DNA of 63,088 nt, counting the filler, from Thelocarpon superellum (taxonomy: Eukaryota): NCBI GenBank assembly GCA_026025795.1. It is 4 parts of 4 records of this genome, joined end to end, with 100 filler letters (N's around TTAATTAATTAA, not from the genome) between each part and the next. Parts side by side here need not be neighbours in the genome. Positions count along the whole stretch, not along the records: positions 47,425 to 63,088 come from JAPEUG010000407.1; 3 more parts are not named here. One strand, 5' to 3'. Below are positions 61,602-63,088 of this stretch, one piece after another. Both the position numbers and the translations under genes were made by a program. The notes beneath the pieces were generated by a model. The model saw only the letters and a program-made list of their open reading frames with translations. It did no database searches and was not told the origin of the DNA. Numbering within the stretch: the stretch's first letter is position 1; the number at the start of each line of letters is the position of its first letter.

Positions 61602-62029
61602 AGGGGGACTTGGGTTGGTCAAGCCTTGCTTATGCCAGGATCATCGTCTTCCGCATGGCGACGTATATCGCATGTCACCCTTGGCCACTTGTTCTTTTCG
61701 TGTGGAGAGAGCGAGAAAGAGAGAGACGACAGAGCGAGAGCCAAGCATAATGGGCGTTGGGTCAGGAAGATTGTGGAATACACGGGAATCAGAATCAGAA
61801 CCGAATCATAGACGATGCAGACGTGAAGGTGTCAGGGTGCAGAAATGGGGAGAGATCCATCTGCGAGCAGGTGTTAATCCTATCAACGGCAAAATATCCT
61901 ATCGATAGGCATTCAAGCCAAGGAAGAGGTATCGCGAACGCCGGTATAAGCCCCCTAGGACGCCATCTAACGAGAGTAATGAACGACGAGCGACGAGCGA
62001 TGAGGGATGACCGAGGAGAAGAGCGAGAC

Positions 62030-62474
62030 TCAGCCCAAGACCCTCTTCCACAGCTTCACAGCGGCCTGCTCAGCTCTGTCGGCGACATGGGTCCAATCCA
62101 CAGCATGCATCCACCTCACGCCCTGCTCGACCTCTCGATTCCACCTCTCCTTTGCCATATCCAATATCCCTGCAGCCGGAGGCGTGTGATAGTCTATCGT
62201 GGACTGCGGGAGAGTAGGATTGAGATACGGTGCCTGAGATAGGGACGTTGAACCCTGACGCGCCGCAGCATCCGCATCGACGACCGTAGAGAGGAGAAAC
62301 GTCTGTTGTCGTAGCAGGTGACCCTGCACGATTCGATTGCGCTGGTGCGCGGAGATCGAGAGCCATGCGATTGCGCTCGTCAGAGTGATTCCTCCCAGCT
62401 GGCAATGGTCAGCACTGATGAAGGAAACGCAGGTAGGACTGCGGGAGATTTACCAGGCCGGTCGTGAAGCCCAT
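62030..62474 (-). CDS. MIC12: MICOS complex subunit Mic12 (Aim5), 2 exons
   Basis: MGFTTGL|LGGITLT...HQRNRIVQGHLLRQQ...AKERWNREVEQGVRW...DW. Confidence 0.8.
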
Positions 62475-62997
62475 GTTGTAGTGAACGGTTGGTGGAGGAT
62501 GAAGGATGTCGGAGAAGAATTCCTTGGATGGTTTGACTGATCGAGAGGGTGATCTGGAGAGGTCTAAAACGGGGGGTCTGACAGAATATCGATCATGGCC
62601 ATTGACCTGGATAGGATGGTTTGGTAGAGGGACGGAGAGGGTGATGATATGGCAGCTTGAGGTTTAAATTGCCGACTGATGTGGATGTCGGATGTCGGAT
62701 GTTGCGCGAGCTGAGGCGCCCCAGCTCGCCAGGTCGTCAAACTCAAATCTATGCTGAGTGAAGAGCAGGAGCTTCCATTCGTCCTTCCACGACCCATTCC
62801 AGCTCCAGACGTGATGACGACTCTGTCACCCTCGGCCGCACGCTCAAGGATGCGGTGTGCGCGATAGATACCCTTCTTACTCACCCGCCAAACCTTCAAC
62901 GATCTCAATTCCTACCGTCCTCTACTCACACCTCGTACCTCCGCCCGACATACTCCCTTTAATCTCCCTCCATCTCAACACACCCATCACCAAGAGC

Positions 62998-63088
62998 ATG
63001 GCAGGCGGAATAGCGAAATACCGACATCTAAGCCGAAGCTCGGCGCACCGACAAGCTCTGCTACGGAATCTAGTCACGTCGCTGATTC
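62998..63088 (+). CDS. MRPL8: Mitochondrial ribosomal protein bL17m, 5' fragment
   Basis: MAGGIAKYRHLSRSSAHRQALLRNLVTSLI is the L17 N-terminal signature; runs off the window. Confidence 0.9.
   Translation, partial: MAGGIAKYRHLSRSSAHRQALLRNLVTSLI

Overview
High-GC genomic DNA from a filamentous ascomycete (Pezizomycotina-type gene set; short, mostly 45-140 nt GT-AG introns with CTRAY-like branch sites). The window is four contigs joined by artificial 100-nt N-TTAATTAATTAA-N linkers (15710-15809, 31518-31617, 47325-47424), so adjacency across the linkers is not evidence of synteny. It is gene-dense and mostly housekeeping: GT90/CAP10 glycosyltransferase, PB1-like/UBA-like protein, eIF2A, DUF3433-like membrane protein, MOCS2B, RBM5/10-like protein, Atg29, Zn2Cys6 factor (partial), con-10, two J-proteins, TPS3/TSL1, PXR1, NAT2/FAM210-like, UTP25, eIF3f, TAF13, kish, cwf18, ZCCHC10-like, R3H/SUZ, MIC12 and bL17m (partial). 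It also holds a decayed chromodomain Ty3/gypsy element with two nested solo LTRs, and two copies of a ~90-bp TG..CA element. The most striking signal is a tRNA-Pro(AGG) gene (30591-30734, minus) with an ordinary 17-nt anticodon-loop intron plus a second 55-nt GT..AG insert in the T-arm that looks like a spliceosomal intron and leaves the B-box intact. Second is a probable AT-AC intron needed to rebuild the CCHC zinc knuckle of the ZCCHC10-like gene. All gene models were built by eye and family names come from remembered motifs, not database searches.
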